64,000 nucleotides of DNA from Minisyncoccota bacterium. Lineage in GTDB: Bacteria > Patescibacteriota > Minisyncoccia > Phycocordibacterales > PALSA-1337. Of the stretch, positions 8,909-17,880 are shown piece after piece (positions within the stretch are counted from its first letter, which is position 1; every line of letters starts with the position of its first letter). The notes under the pieces were generated by a model. It made no database searches. It had not been told where the DNA came from and saw only the letters and a program-made list of their open reading frames with translations. The translations under genes were made by a program, and so were the position numbers. The stretch lies in contig JBAYFZ010000001.1 in assembly GCA_041666915.1 (NCBI GenBank), positions 73,086-137,085 on the forward strand, given 5' to 3'.

Positions 8909-10366
8909 ATGGCTTCTCTTGCAGAATTAAGGTCCGCACGTCTACATAAGCTTGAACTTTTGAAGCAAGCAGGTATGGCTGTGTATCCAGCCAAAGTTCC
9001 AAGAACATTTTGTCTGTTTGATGCCAAGAATAATTTTGCAGAATACGAAGCTAGTAAAAAAGAGGTTTCTCTTTGCGGTCGTGTCATGGCTATTCGTGGT
9101 CAAGGGGCTATTTTATTTTTCGTCTTGGATGATGGTAAGGCTACTTTTCAAGCGGTTGTGAAAAAAGATGTCTTGAAGCCTGAACTTTTTGACCTCATAA
9201 CTCAAGCAGTTGATATTGGTGACATTATCAGTGTTACTGGAACATTTTTTGTAACTCAAAGAGGGGAGCAGAGTCTACTTGTCACTTCTTGGACAATGGC
9301 CACGAAATCTTTACTTCCTCTTCCAGAAAAATGGCATGGTCTAGCAGATCCAGATGAAAAATTCCGCAAGAGGTATTTGGATTTCATCATGGATCCTGAG
9401 GTTAGAGATATTTTCTATAAAAAATCCAAGTTTTGGAAAGTTACTAGGACATTTTTGGAAGAAGAAGGATTTCTAGAAGTAGAAACTCCTACTTTGGAGA
9501 CAACTACCGGTGGTGCCGAAGCAACTCCTTTCAAAACACATCATAATGATTTTGATCTAGCTGTCTTTTTGCGTATTTCAGTTGGTGAACTTTGGCAAAA
9601 GAGGCTCATGGCTGGTGGTTTCCCAAAAACTTTTGAGATCGGCAGAGTTTATCGCAACGAGGGTTCTAGTCCAGAACATATGCAAGAATTTACCAATATG
9701 GAATTTTACTGGTCATACGCTGATTACAATGATGGCATGGCTTTGGTTACAAAAATGTATCGTAAGATTGCTCTAGAAGTTTTTGGTACTACAAAATTTA
9801 CATACAAAGATCATTCTTTTGATTTGGCAGATGAATGGGTGAAGATTGATTATTCTCTAGAGATCAAAAAACAAACTGGTGTTGATATCGGTACCGCTAG
9901 TGATGGTGATATAAAAAAGAAACTTGGTGAACTCAAAGTTTCTTATGAAGGAGCCAATAGGGAACGTCTCATAGATACTCTTTGGAAATATTGTCGCAAG
10001 AATATTGCTGGTCCAGCCTTTTTGATCAATCATCCAAAATTGATTGCTCCTTTGGCCAAAAGTGTAGAAGGGAAAGATTCAGGTACAGTCCAGATGTTCC
10101 AGCCTATTATTGGCGGTAGTGAAATAGGTCGTGGATACTCTGAGCTCAATGATCCTATTGATCAAGCAGACCGTTTTGTAGAACAAAAGAAGCTTTTGGA
10201 AGGTGGTGATACTGAGGCTATGATGGCAGACGATGAATTCGTAGAAATGCTAGAACATGGCATGCCACCAACTTGTGGTTTCGGATTCGGTGAAAGACTT
10301 TTCGCTGTTCTCTCCAATAGACCTTTGCGTGAGACTCAGATGTTTCCTTTGATGAAACCTAGGTAA
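8909..10366 (+). CDS. lysS: lysine--tRNA ligase (class II)
   Basis: OB-fold N-terminus. Class II motifs RYLDFIMDPEVRD, FLEVETP, GRVYRNEG, GGSEIGRGYSELNDP. Confidence 0.9.
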   Translation: MASLAELRSARLHKLELLKQAGMAVYPAKVPRTFCLFDAKNNFAEYEASKKEVSLCGRVMAIRGQGAILFFVLDDGKATFQAVVKKDVLKPELFDLITQAVDIGDIISVTGTFFVTQRGEQSLLVTSWTMATKSLLPLPEKWHGLADPDEKFRKRYLDFIMDPEVRDIFYKKSKFWKVTRTFLEEEGFLEVETPTLETTTGGAEATPFKTHHNDFDLAVFLRISVGELWQKRLMAGGFPKTFEIGRVYRNEGSSPEHMQEFTNMEFYWSYADYNDGMALVTKMYRKIALEVFGTTKFTYKDHSFDLADEWVKIDYSLEIKKQTGVDIGTASDGDIKKKLGELKVSYEGANRERLIDTLWKYCRKNIAGPAFLINHPKLIAPLAKSVEGKDSGTVQMFQPIIGGSEIGRGYSELNDPIDQADRFVEQKKLLEGGDTEAMMADDEFVEMLEHGMPPTCGFGFGERLFAVLSNRPLRETQMFPLMKPR

Positions 10367-10421
10367 ATATCAAGGTTGCCTTCGCTTTGATAAGCTACGG
10401 CGAACCAAAGGCAATCCTGAT

Positions 10422-10465
10422 AAAAAACACCCCAGAAAGTTGTCTATGCAACTTTCTGGGGTTTG
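10422..10465. terminator. bidirectional rho-independent terminator (A-run, CCCCAGAAAGTTG/CAACTTTCTGGGG, T-run)
   Basis: Perfect 13-bp stem between convergent lysS (+) and the repeat protein (-). Confidence 0.6.
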
Positions 10466-10474
10466 ATATTGATT

Positions 10475-11071
10475 TTATGCTTTTTGCTTCAGCAATTCTG
10501 CAATCTTGCGGATGATAAGTTTCCTTACTTCACTTTCATTGGGGACAAGAGAGTATGCCCCCGTAGCTTCAGCAATAGTGGTGATATTGTTAATTGCTAC
10601 AAGTGACAATTCATTCAACTTTTCTAAAACAAGATATTCGAATGGGCTCCTATCATGAGTAGCGTCGTATACTTCTTTGATTTCATCGATGGTCGTACAG
10701 AAACTAACCCATTTTTCTATAGCAAGCCTTTCGACTTCACCTCTATCAGAAGCAACATCATACACCTCCTGAACTTCAGTAATGGTAGCACAAAGATTGA
10801 TCCATTTTTCTATAGCAAGCCTTTCGAATTCACTTGAAGCAGGAGTAGCATAATATACTTCTTTGATTTCATCGATGGTGGTACATAAACTAATCCATCT
10901 TTCTATAGCAAGTTTTTCGGCCTTGCTTCTACTGGGAGCAAGTGTGTATGCTTCTGCAGCTTTGTCAATGGTCGTAATGTCACCTATAATAATTTCAGAA
11001 TCCAGAGCTTCATTGACAACGCGGATGTCTTCTCCTAAAAGATCAGCTATCTCTCTATTTATATTACTCAT
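10475..11071 (-). CDS. hypothetical protein with three tandem ~25-aa repeats (ERLAIEKW..C.TI.E..EVY)
   Basis: Start chosen at MSNINREIAD, preceded by GGAGAAGG RBS. Internal 75-nt periodic repeats are visible in DNA (about 10640-10900). Confidence 0.5.
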   Translation of the reverse strand: MSNINREIADLLGEDIRVVNEALDSEIIIGDITTIDKAAEAYTLAPSRSKAEKLAIERWISLCTTIDEIKEVYYATPASSEFERLAIEKWINLCATITEVQEVYDVASDRGEVERLAIEKWVSFCTTIDEIKEVYDATHDRSPFEYLVLEKLNELSLVAINNITTIAEATGAYSLVPNESEVRKLIIRKIAELLKQKA

Positions 11072-11253
11072 ACCTTCTCCTATTCTATTGTTTTGCTGAT
11101 ATTTCAACCAGCTTGTACTTAAAACTATAATGTACAATATCGTAATAATATATACGTGTCAATGATTGACCAAAATCTATATACGTGCTATATTGCCGTA
11201 GTACTGCTCTTTTTTATGTTTGAAGGGCTCGTTTCAAAAAAGCAAAATAACTT

Positions 11254-11628
11254 ATGGAAAGGAGTTTGTTAGTAATGGAGATAAAAGCAAAGAAAATAGA
11301 AGCGCGAGTGTGGTCAGTTCCTGCCGGTCAAACGGAGGAGGATCTACAGAAAATTCATTGGGCGATTGTTCGGGCGGTTACTGGAATTCCAGAATTGGGC
11401 ATAAAAGACCACGACAGGGTGGTTTGTATGTTCCCAGATAATCTTCGTGAACATAGTTCAAAATCTGTCATCATAGAGGTTAAGAAACTGATGAAACTTA
11501 ATCGTGCTGGCAGGGTTCACCACGAAATCGTTCAGAAGATTAAACGGGGATTCAAGGAAGCTGCTCGTGAGTTGGGTCTGGGTATTATGGCAAAATGTCC
11601 AGTCAAAATCTTTAGTGGCGCAGAGTAA
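11254..11628 (+). CDS. hypothetical protein
   Basis: 124-aa ORF followed by a strong terminator; no recognisable family. Confidence 0.4.
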   Translation: MERSLLVMEIKAKKIEARVWSVPAGQTEEDLQKIHWAIVRAVTGIPELGIKDHDRVVCMFPDNLREHSSKSVIIEVKKLMKLNRAGRVHHEIVQKIKRGFKEAARELGLGIMAKCPVKIFSGAE

Positions 11629-11680
11629 AGTCTGTTCCACCAAAAGCACTTCAAAAATTTAATCCTGCACTGTTGCTCAA

Positions 11681-11720
11681 GAGCCGTTCGGTATTCATTT
11701 ACCGGGCGGCTCCTTTTTTT
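11681..11720 (+). terminator. rho-independent terminator (GAGCCGTTCGG...CCGGGCGGCTC + TTTTTTT)
   Basis: GC stem followed by a 7-T run downstream of the 11254-11628 ORF. Confidence 0.6.
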
Positions 11721-11922
11721 CCGGAAGCGAGGCTTCCGTACGGAGGCTTCACCTCCGTAAATTTCGTTATCCACAACTTATCCACCGTTTTTGTATTGCA
11801 AAGTGTTAGGAAAAAGGAGCAAAGTGGTATAAAATATCCATCAAGTGGGAAGAAGTGGTAAACAATGAATCTCATAATTTTAATTTTGAAGGATCATATA
11901 AAACCACTAATCCTACAACAAT

Positions 11923-12363
11923 ATGATCATCGGGCAATTCAATCACACTATCGATGACAAAAACCGCCTTTCTCTTCCTGCCAAATTCAGACAGGAAATG
12001 GGAAAGAAAGTGGTTATTACGCCCGGCCTCGATTCTTGTTTATTCATCTTCACGATGAAGGAATGGGAAAAGATAGCCGATCGTCTGTCAGTGAAAGAAA
12101 GCTCGATACTCCAGGCGGATAATCGAGGCTTCAATCGCTACCTCTTGGGAGGTGCGGTTGAAGTCGAGATTGATGGAGTAGGTCGTATGCTTCTTCCGGA
12201 ACATTTGCGCGAGCGAGCCAATTTGAAAAGCAAAGTTGTTTTCATTGGTGTCAAAGATCGTGCAGAGTTGTGGGATGAGACGACTTGGAATTCATATAGA
12301 AAAGAGGTCGAGAACAAAGCTGGTGCCTTGGCCGAGAAGCTTGGTCAAGCGGGCATGATTTAA
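11923..12363 (+). CDS. mraZ: transcriptional regulator MraZ
   Basis: MIIGQFNHTIDDKNRLSLPAKFR and a duplicated DxxxR SpoVT/AbrB-like motif (second copy ...VEIDGVGRMLLPEHLRE). Confidence 0.85.
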   Translation: MIIGQFNHTIDDKNRLSLPAKFRQEMGKKVVITPGLDSCLFIFTMKEWEKIADRLSVKESSILQADNRGFNRYLLGGAVEVEIDGVGRMLLPEHLRERANLKSKVVFIGVKDRAELWDETTWNSYRKEVENKAGALAEKLGQAGMI

Positions 12364-12368
12364 AAATC

Positions 12369-13343
12369 ATGCAAAGTGTACATGAACCGGTTCTTTTACA
12401 TGAGATAGTGGCAAACTGTGTCATTTCCGCGAAGGCGGAAATCCAGGATGTCACCGAGAATGTATCTAGTGGTAATACACTGGATTCCCACCTTCGTGGG
12501 AATGACAAGAAGACCCCTTGGTACCTCGACGGTACTCTCGGTGGAGCAGGTCACGCTTTGGCTATAGCAAAAGCATTCGCTGGCAAGTTGAATATTATCG
12601 GCTTGGACAGAGATGCTACGGCTCTAGAGAGAGCAAAAGGGACTTTGGCAGGCAAAGCAGAGAAGGTGATACTGGAATGTGAGAATTTTCGTAATTTAGA
12701 TAAAGTTTTGGAGAAAAATGGTATTGATTCAGTCGCTTTGATTCTAATGGATTTGGGTATTTCATCTGACGAACTAGATAATTCTGGTAGAGGGTTCACT
12801 TTTCAGAAAGACGAACCTTTGCTCATGACTATGGGAGATCCAAAATCTTATCCATTCACAGCAAAAGATATTGTGAACGATTGGGATGAAGAAGTGATCG
12901 CCGATATTATCTACGGTTATGCCGAAGAGAGGTTTGCAAGAAAGATCGCTAAAGCAATAGTCAATTATAGAGAGAAGAAAAGTATAGAAACATCGGGAGA
13001 GTTGGCAGAAATAGTGAAAATGTCAGTACCGGGCTTTTATAAGAGAGGAAAGATTCATCCGGCTACAAGAACATTTCAAGCTTTACGTATTGCAGTCAAT
13101 GATGAGCTTAATTCATTGAAAGAAGGATTGAGAAAAGGTTACGAAAAGTTGGATAAAGGTGGACGAATGGCAATTATTTCATTCCATAGTTTAGAAGATC
13201 GTATCGTCAAAGATTTTTATAAAGAAAAAGCAAAAGAAGGTTCCAAAATTATTACAAAAAAACCGATTACCGCTTCTTTGCAAGAAATTGCAGAGAATCC
13301 AAGGTCAAGAAGTGCAAAATTAAGGATTATTGAAAAAATATGA
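12369..13343 (+). CDS. rsmH: 16S rRNA (cytosine1402-N4)-methyltransferase RsmH, with an in-frame ~29-aa repeat-element insertion near the N-terminus
   Basis: HEPVLLHEIV...YLDGTLGGAGHA and downstream SAM-binding motifs. The segment ISAKAEIQDVTENVSSGNTLDSHLRGNDKK is encoded by a MITE copy. Confidence 0.85.
   Translation: MQSVHEPVLLHEIVANCVISAKAEIQDVTENVSSGNTLDSHLRGNDKKTPWYLDGTLGGAGHALAIAKAFAGKLNIIGLDRDATALERAKGTLAGKAEKVILECENFRNLDKVLEKNGIDSVALILMDLGISSDELDNSGRGFTFQKDEPLLMTMGDPKSYPFTAKDIVNDWDEEVIADIIYGYAEERFARKIAKAIVNYREKKSIETSGELAEIVKMSVPGFYKRGKIHPATRTFQALRIAVNDELNSLKEGLRKGYEKLDKGGRMAIISFHSLEDRIVKDFYKEKAKEGSKIITKKPITASLQEIAENPRSRSAKLRIIEKI
12419..12506. repeat. MITE-family copy inserted in-frame within rsmH
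   Basis: TGTCATTTCCGCGAAGGCGGAAATCCAGGAT...CACTGGATTCCCACCTTCGTGGGAATGACA. Arms are slightly diverged. The internal GTATCTAGTGGTAATACACTGG is shared with the pheT copy. Confidence 0.7.
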
Positions 13344-13696
13344 CAAAAGCAATCGCAAATACATATGATTTAATCGGTGAAAACCTAAAGAGGATAAACC
13401 GCATATTCTTTGGCGCTTGTTTGTTTTTGATTATTTTGTACGCTTTCAATATTTTTTCAGTTATTTCTAGAACCGTAGCTTTACAAAAAGTTGAGGCCCA
13501 AATATCTACACTTGGGAGTAGTGTTAACAATTTTGATTCTGAATACTTACATCTATCTGGCAAAATAACTCCAGATAATTTGACTGCTTACGGTATGAGT
13601 CAGGGGAAAGTCATTGAATATATCACTAGATTGAATAATTCAAACTTGGGTGTTGCTGAAAACTTTAACCATGTAGCTACTGTTCATGAACTCTAG
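13340..13696 (+). CDS. ftsL: cell division protein FtsL-like (single TM)
   Basis: 118-aa protein with one TM helix, sitting between rsmH and ftsI in the dcw cluster. Assignment is mostly positional. Confidence 0.5.
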   Translation: MTKAIANTYDLIGENLKRINRIFFGACLFLIILYAFNIFSVISRTVALQKVEAQISTLGSSVNNFDSEYLHLSGKITPDNLTAYGMSQGKVIEYITRLNNSNLGVAENFNHVATVHEL

Positions 13697-15401
13697 GGTC
13701 AAGCTTAGAGCGAGAATTATTTTGATTGGAATACTATTGGTAGCAATAGTACTTTGTGTATGGCTTTACTCTATTCAAATAGTTCGTGGTGATTCTTATG
13801 CAAAAAAGGCCAATCAGCAATATATAAAACCGGCTACAGCTCTCTTGGATAGAGGATCTATCTTTTTTACTGCTAAAGATGGAACAAAAATTCAGGCCGC
13901 TACTTTGAAAAGTGGTTTTAAAATTTTCATGAATCCTTCTCTGGTATTAGACCCTAAGCCTGCTTATGAAGCCCTTTCGGAATATTTAACTTTGGATAAA
14001 GAGGATTTTATGCGTAAGGTTATAAAGTCAAACGATCATTATGAAGAATTGGCAGATAGGGTAGCAGAATCTACGGCGACATCTATCCGTAATCTTGGTG
14101 TGGCTGGTTTGGGGGTTTCAAAAGAGACTTGGCGTGTATATCCAGGCGGTTCTATGGTTGCTCATGAACTTGGTTTATTAGGAGAAAGTGCTAGCTCAAC
14201 TTCTGTCACTGGTCGTTATGGTTTGGAGAGAAGTTACGAAAATGTTTTGAAGAGATCCGGCACATCTTCCAATGCGAACGCTTTTGCACAACTGTTCATA
14301 TCTATCCGTGACGCTCTTTCTAATGGAAATGAAGAGGAAGGGGATATTGTGACAACTATAGAACCAACTACTCAAAAATATTTGGAGAAAATTTTGGGGG
14401 AAACTTCTTTAGCTTGGCGTCCAGATTCTATCGGGGGTATTGTTATTGATCCAAAAACAGGAGAAGTGGTGGCCATGTCTTCTTTGCCAACTTTTGATCC
14501 AAATGATACAAGTAGTGTCAAAAATGTCAGGGTCTTTTCCAACCCTCTAGTAGAGAATGTTTATGAAATGGGTTCTATTATGAAGCCTTTGACTATGGCT
14601 GTGGCTCTGGATACTGGAGCAGAGACCGTCAATTCAACATATGACGATACTGGAACTATGACTTTGAGTGGTAAAAAGATATCTAACTTTGATGGAAAGG
14701 CTCGCGGAGTGGTCTCTATGCAAGAGATACTCAGTCAATCTTTGAATGTGGGTGTAGCTACGATTGCTCTTAAAGTTGGTAAAGAAGATTTTTCAAAATA
14801 TTTTCTAAATTTTGGTCTGGGTAATAAGACAGGTATAGATTTGCCAAATGAAGCGACTGGTATAGTTGGTAACCTGAAAACTGGTCGCGATGTTGAGATT
14901 GCCACAGCGGCTTATGGACAAGGTTTGGCTATTTCTCCTATAAATATGGTAACGGCTCTTTCGGTACTAGCCAATGGCGGTTATGTCGTCAAACCTCATT
15001 TGGTAAAAGAGATAAGTCACGCTGATGGTACGGTGAAAAAGATTGATGACGTCAGAAAAGGGCCTTTCTTGAAAACGGAGACAACTAATGATGTAACAAA
15101 GATGTTGGTTGAAGTAGTAGATAAATCTTTGCTCAAAGGAGCAATAAAGATTGATCGTTATAGTATTGCTGCCAAGACTGGAACAGCTCAAATACCAGAT
15201 CATGTGAATGGTGGTTATTATACTGATCGTTATTTGCATTCATTCTTCGGATATTTACCAGCTTCCAATCCGAAATATCTAATATTCTTGTATCAAGTCT
15301 ATCCAAAGGGTGCAGAATACGCTTCAGCTACTTTGACCAATCCATTCGACCAAATGGCTAAGTTTCTGATAGACTACTACAATATTGCTCCAGATAGGTA
15401 A
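13686..15401 (+). CDS. ftsI: penicillin-binding protein 3 / FtsI (class B transpeptidase)
   Basis: N-terminal TM, SIMKP (SxxK), SQSLN, KTGTAQ (KTG). Position in the dcw cluster. Confidence 0.8.
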   Translation: MNSRVKLRARIILIGILLVAIVLCVWLYSIQIVRGDSYAKKANQQYIKPATALLDRGSIFFTAKDGTKIQAATLKSGFKIFMNPSLVLDPKPAYEALSEYLTLDKEDFMRKVIKSNDHYEELADRVAESTATSIRNLGVAGLGVSKETWRVYPGGSMVAHELGLLGESASSTSVTGRYGLERSYENVLKRSGTSSNANAFAQLFISIRDALSNGNEEEGDIVTTIEPTTQKYLEKILGETSLAWRPDSIGGIVIDPKTGEVVAMSSLPTFDPNDTSSVKNVRVFSNPLVENVYEMGSIMKPLTMAVALDTGAETVNSTYDDTGTMTLSGKKISNFDGKARGVVSMQEILSQSLNVGVATIALKVGKEDFSKYFLNFGLGNKTGIDLPNEATGIVGNLKTGRDVEIATAAYGQGLAISPINMVTALSVLANGGYVVKPHLVKEISHADGTVKKIDDVRKGPFLKTETTNDVTKMLVEVVDKSLLKGAIKIDRYSIAAKTGTAQIPDHVNGGYYTDRYLHSFFGYLPASNPKYLIFLYQVYPKGAEYASATLTNPFDQMAKFLIDYYNIAPDR

Positions 15402-15409
15402 AACTACTG

Positions 15410-15512
15410 TGTCATTCCCGCGAAGGCGGGAATCCAGGATATTACCATTGAAGATATTATAATAGTTGTTTGTTCGTAATAATCCTGGATCCCCGCCTTC
15501 GCGGGGATGACA
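15410..15512. repeat. MITE-family copy (intergenic ftsI-murF), 103 bp
   Basis: TGTCATTCCCGCGAAGGCGGGAATCCAGGATATTACC...AATCCTGGATCCCCGCCTTCGCGGGGATGACA. The left arm is identical to the arms of the GIY-YIG element. Confidence 0.75.
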
Positions 15513-15531
15513 CAATAAGAAGTATAATTTT

Positions 15532-16854
15532 ATGCAGCTCTTAAAGAAATTACTAATAGAAATACTAACCCTTGAATCGCGTCTCATTCTTGCAAAATAC
15601 AAGCCTTTTATCGTGGCTGTAACTGGTAGTGTAGGCAAGACTTCTACAAAAGATGCTATATATGCGGTTCTCAAAGATCAAAGTAGTTTTGTACGTAAAA
15701 GTGAGAAAAGTATGAATAGTGAAATAGGTTTACCACTGACTATCATCGGTGCACCAAATGCTTGGCATAGTATAGGGGGTTGGGTAAAGAATATTTGGAA
15801 AGGGTTGGGTATTATTTTTTGGAAAAATTCATATCCGGATTGTCTCATCCTAGAGATTGGCGCAGATCACCCAGGAGATATAAAGAAGGTTACAAAATGG
15901 TTACATCCAGATATTGCAGTGATCACCAAGGTCAGCAAGACGCCTGTGCATGTAGAATTTTTCAAATCACCAGAAGAAGTCTTTGAAGAAAAAGCTTCTC
16001 TTGCAAAAGCGGTCAAGGCTGACGGTACTTTGATTTTATTTGGAGATGATGAAAAAGTTATGACTATGACTGATATGGTTAAAGGTTCGACAAGCTCACC
16101 TCAAGGAAAAAGTGTAAAAGTTATTACTTATGGAACAGGCTCTAATTCAACAGTTAGAGGGTTAGATGATAAGGTTTTGTATGATAATAATTCTCCAGTC
16201 GGATTAACTTTCAATTTGAATCTTGATGGCAGCACTTTACCGATTACTCTTAGAAATGTAATTGGTAACGTGTATATGTATCCACTACTTGCAGCTGCTT
16301 CTGTCGGTAAAGCTCGTGGTATGAGATCGGAGGTAATTGCAAATTCATTAGCTGATTATGAAGCTCCAAAAGGTAGAATGAATCTCATCTCTGGAATTAA
16401 TGGTTCAACGATCATAGATGACACTTACAATTCATCGCCTGACGCAGTTTTTTCAGCTCTACAGACTTTGAAAGGTCTGGAAACAACCGGTGCAAAAATC
16501 GTTGTCCTAGGAGATATGATGGAATTGGGAAATTATTCTGCAGAAGAACATCGCCATGTTGGTAAAGAAGTTATTGGTTCAGCCTCAATGTTGGTTACAG
16601 TCGGTCTACGATCGCGCCAGACTGCTGAAGAAGCTGTGAAGGACGGTTTTTCAAAAGAAATGATCCATAGTTTTGAGACTTCAATTGAAGCGTCTGAGTA
16701 TTTAGCTAAAGAAATTAAGACTGGAGATATTATCCTAGTTAAAGGTTCTCAATCAATGCGTATGGAGAGGGTAGTAAAAGCGCTCCTGAAAGAACCATCA
16801 AAAGCTGACAGTTTGCTCGTTAGGCAAGAAAAAGAGTGGTTGGAGAAGAAGTAA
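15532..16854 (+). CDS. murF: Mur ligase, most likely UDP-MurNAc-pentapeptide synthetase MurF
   Basis: VAVTGSVGKTSTKD P-loop and C-terminal DDTYNSSPDA (MurF DDxYNANP-like). Position in the dcw cluster. Confidence 0.65.
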   Translation: MQLLKKLLIEILTLESRLILAKYKPFIVAVTGSVGKTSTKDAIYAVLKDQSSFVRKSEKSMNSEIGLPLTIIGAPNAWHSIGGWVKNIWKGLGIIFWKNSYPDCLILEIGADHPGDIKKVTKWLHPDIAVITKVSKTPVHVEFFKSPEEVFEEKASLAKAVKADGTLILFGDDEKVMTMTDMVKGSTSSPQGKSVKVITYGTGSNSTVRGLDDKVLYDNNSPVGLTFNLNLDGSTLPITLRNVIGNVYMYPLLAAASVGKARGMRSEVIANSLADYEAPKGRMNLISGINGSTIIDDTYNSSPDAVFSALQTLKGLETTGAKIVVLGDMMELGNYSAEEHRHVGKEVIGSASMLVTVGLRSRQTAEEAVKDGFSKEMIHSFETSIEASEYLAKEIKTGDIILVKGSQSMRMERVVKALLKEPSKADSLLVRQEKEWLEKK

Positions 16855-16856
16855 TT

Positions 16857-17750
16857 TTATTCTCCTACTGTTATAACAAAACGTCCGTCATCTCTTTGAA
16901 TAGCGGTTAGTGACTTTTCAACATCTGTTCTTTGTTTATTTCCTTCAAAATCAACTAATTCTTCTAGTCTGTAATTACGTTGACCAGGGTATCCTGGAAT
17001 CTTGAACGTGTTTGGACTTATTAAGACTCTGGCCCTTCCTCTTTCTTGACCGCCAGGATCAATTACTATGACCTCAGCCCTTTTCCAATTCTCATTTGTT
17101 TCTTTGTTATCGGCCTCTAGTCTTTCCCATGATTGTTCTTCCGTCTCCTTTTCAATATTAGAATTTTCAATTGGTGATTGTTCAGAAGGTTGCTCTGCTA
17201 CTGCCTCAACAGGAGGGCTTTCAGTGTCGGGTTTTTCTAATATCACAGTCTCATCCTCAGAAATATCTTTTGGGACATCGGCTTTATTTATTATTACCGT
17301 CTCTGCTTCTGATGGATCAACTTCTGTAAGATTATCGGAAGTCTCTCCATTTTCCATCATAGAGATTGATGCTTGTTCATTGGTAATATCAATTTTAGGA
17401 CTCCTAAAAGCTGTGTTAGTAATGTTTCTTTCTTGTCCTTTTTTATCAAACCATTTCAATAATCTATAATTGCGCACCTTATTATCTGGATTACCACTGG
17501 GACAGAATGTATTTGGGCTCATCAGGACTTCTGCTGCCCCAGTCTTAACATTATAAGAATTGACTACATCAATAATTTCTGTTTTCCAACCTTCTGTATT
17601 TTTGTCATCAGCCCTCAATTTATCGTATTCTGCCAAACGATCAATAGACTTTGTTTTTCCTTCAGTTTCAGTTTTGTTTTCAGGAACTTCTGCCGGTACC
17701 TCTGCTGGTGTTGGTTCTACTGGTTCTGCAAATGGATTTTCGAAACTCAT
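16857..17750 (-). CDS. hypothetical acidic protein with an internal domain duplication
   Basis: Two copies of ~55-aa module (NWK..V.VI....G...VL.SPNTF..PG.P...RNYRL) separated by a D/E/S/T-rich linker. Confidence 0.5.
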   Translation of the reverse strand: MSFENPFAEPVEPTPAEVPAEVPENKTETEGKTKSIDRLAEYDKLRADDKNTEGWKTEIIDVVNSYNVKTGAAEVLMSPNTFCPSGNPDNKVRNYRLLKWFDKKGQERNITNTAFRSPKIDITNEQASISMMENGETSDNLTEVDPSEAETVIINKADVPKDISEDETVILEKPDTESPPVEAVAEQPSEQSPIENSNIEKETEEQSWERLEADNKETNENWKRAEVIVIDPGGQERGRARVLISPNTFKIPGYPGQRNYRLEELVDFEGNKQRTDVEKSLTAIQRDDGRFVITVGE

Positions 17751-17880
17751 GTTTTTGTTTGGTTAATTGAAAGGATTTTGAACTTATAACCCTATAATAC
17801 GATAATTGTAACAAATTGAGGCAATGTAAACCACTTGTTAGTGAATTCGCACAATACACAAGTAGTGTTATAATTTCCTC

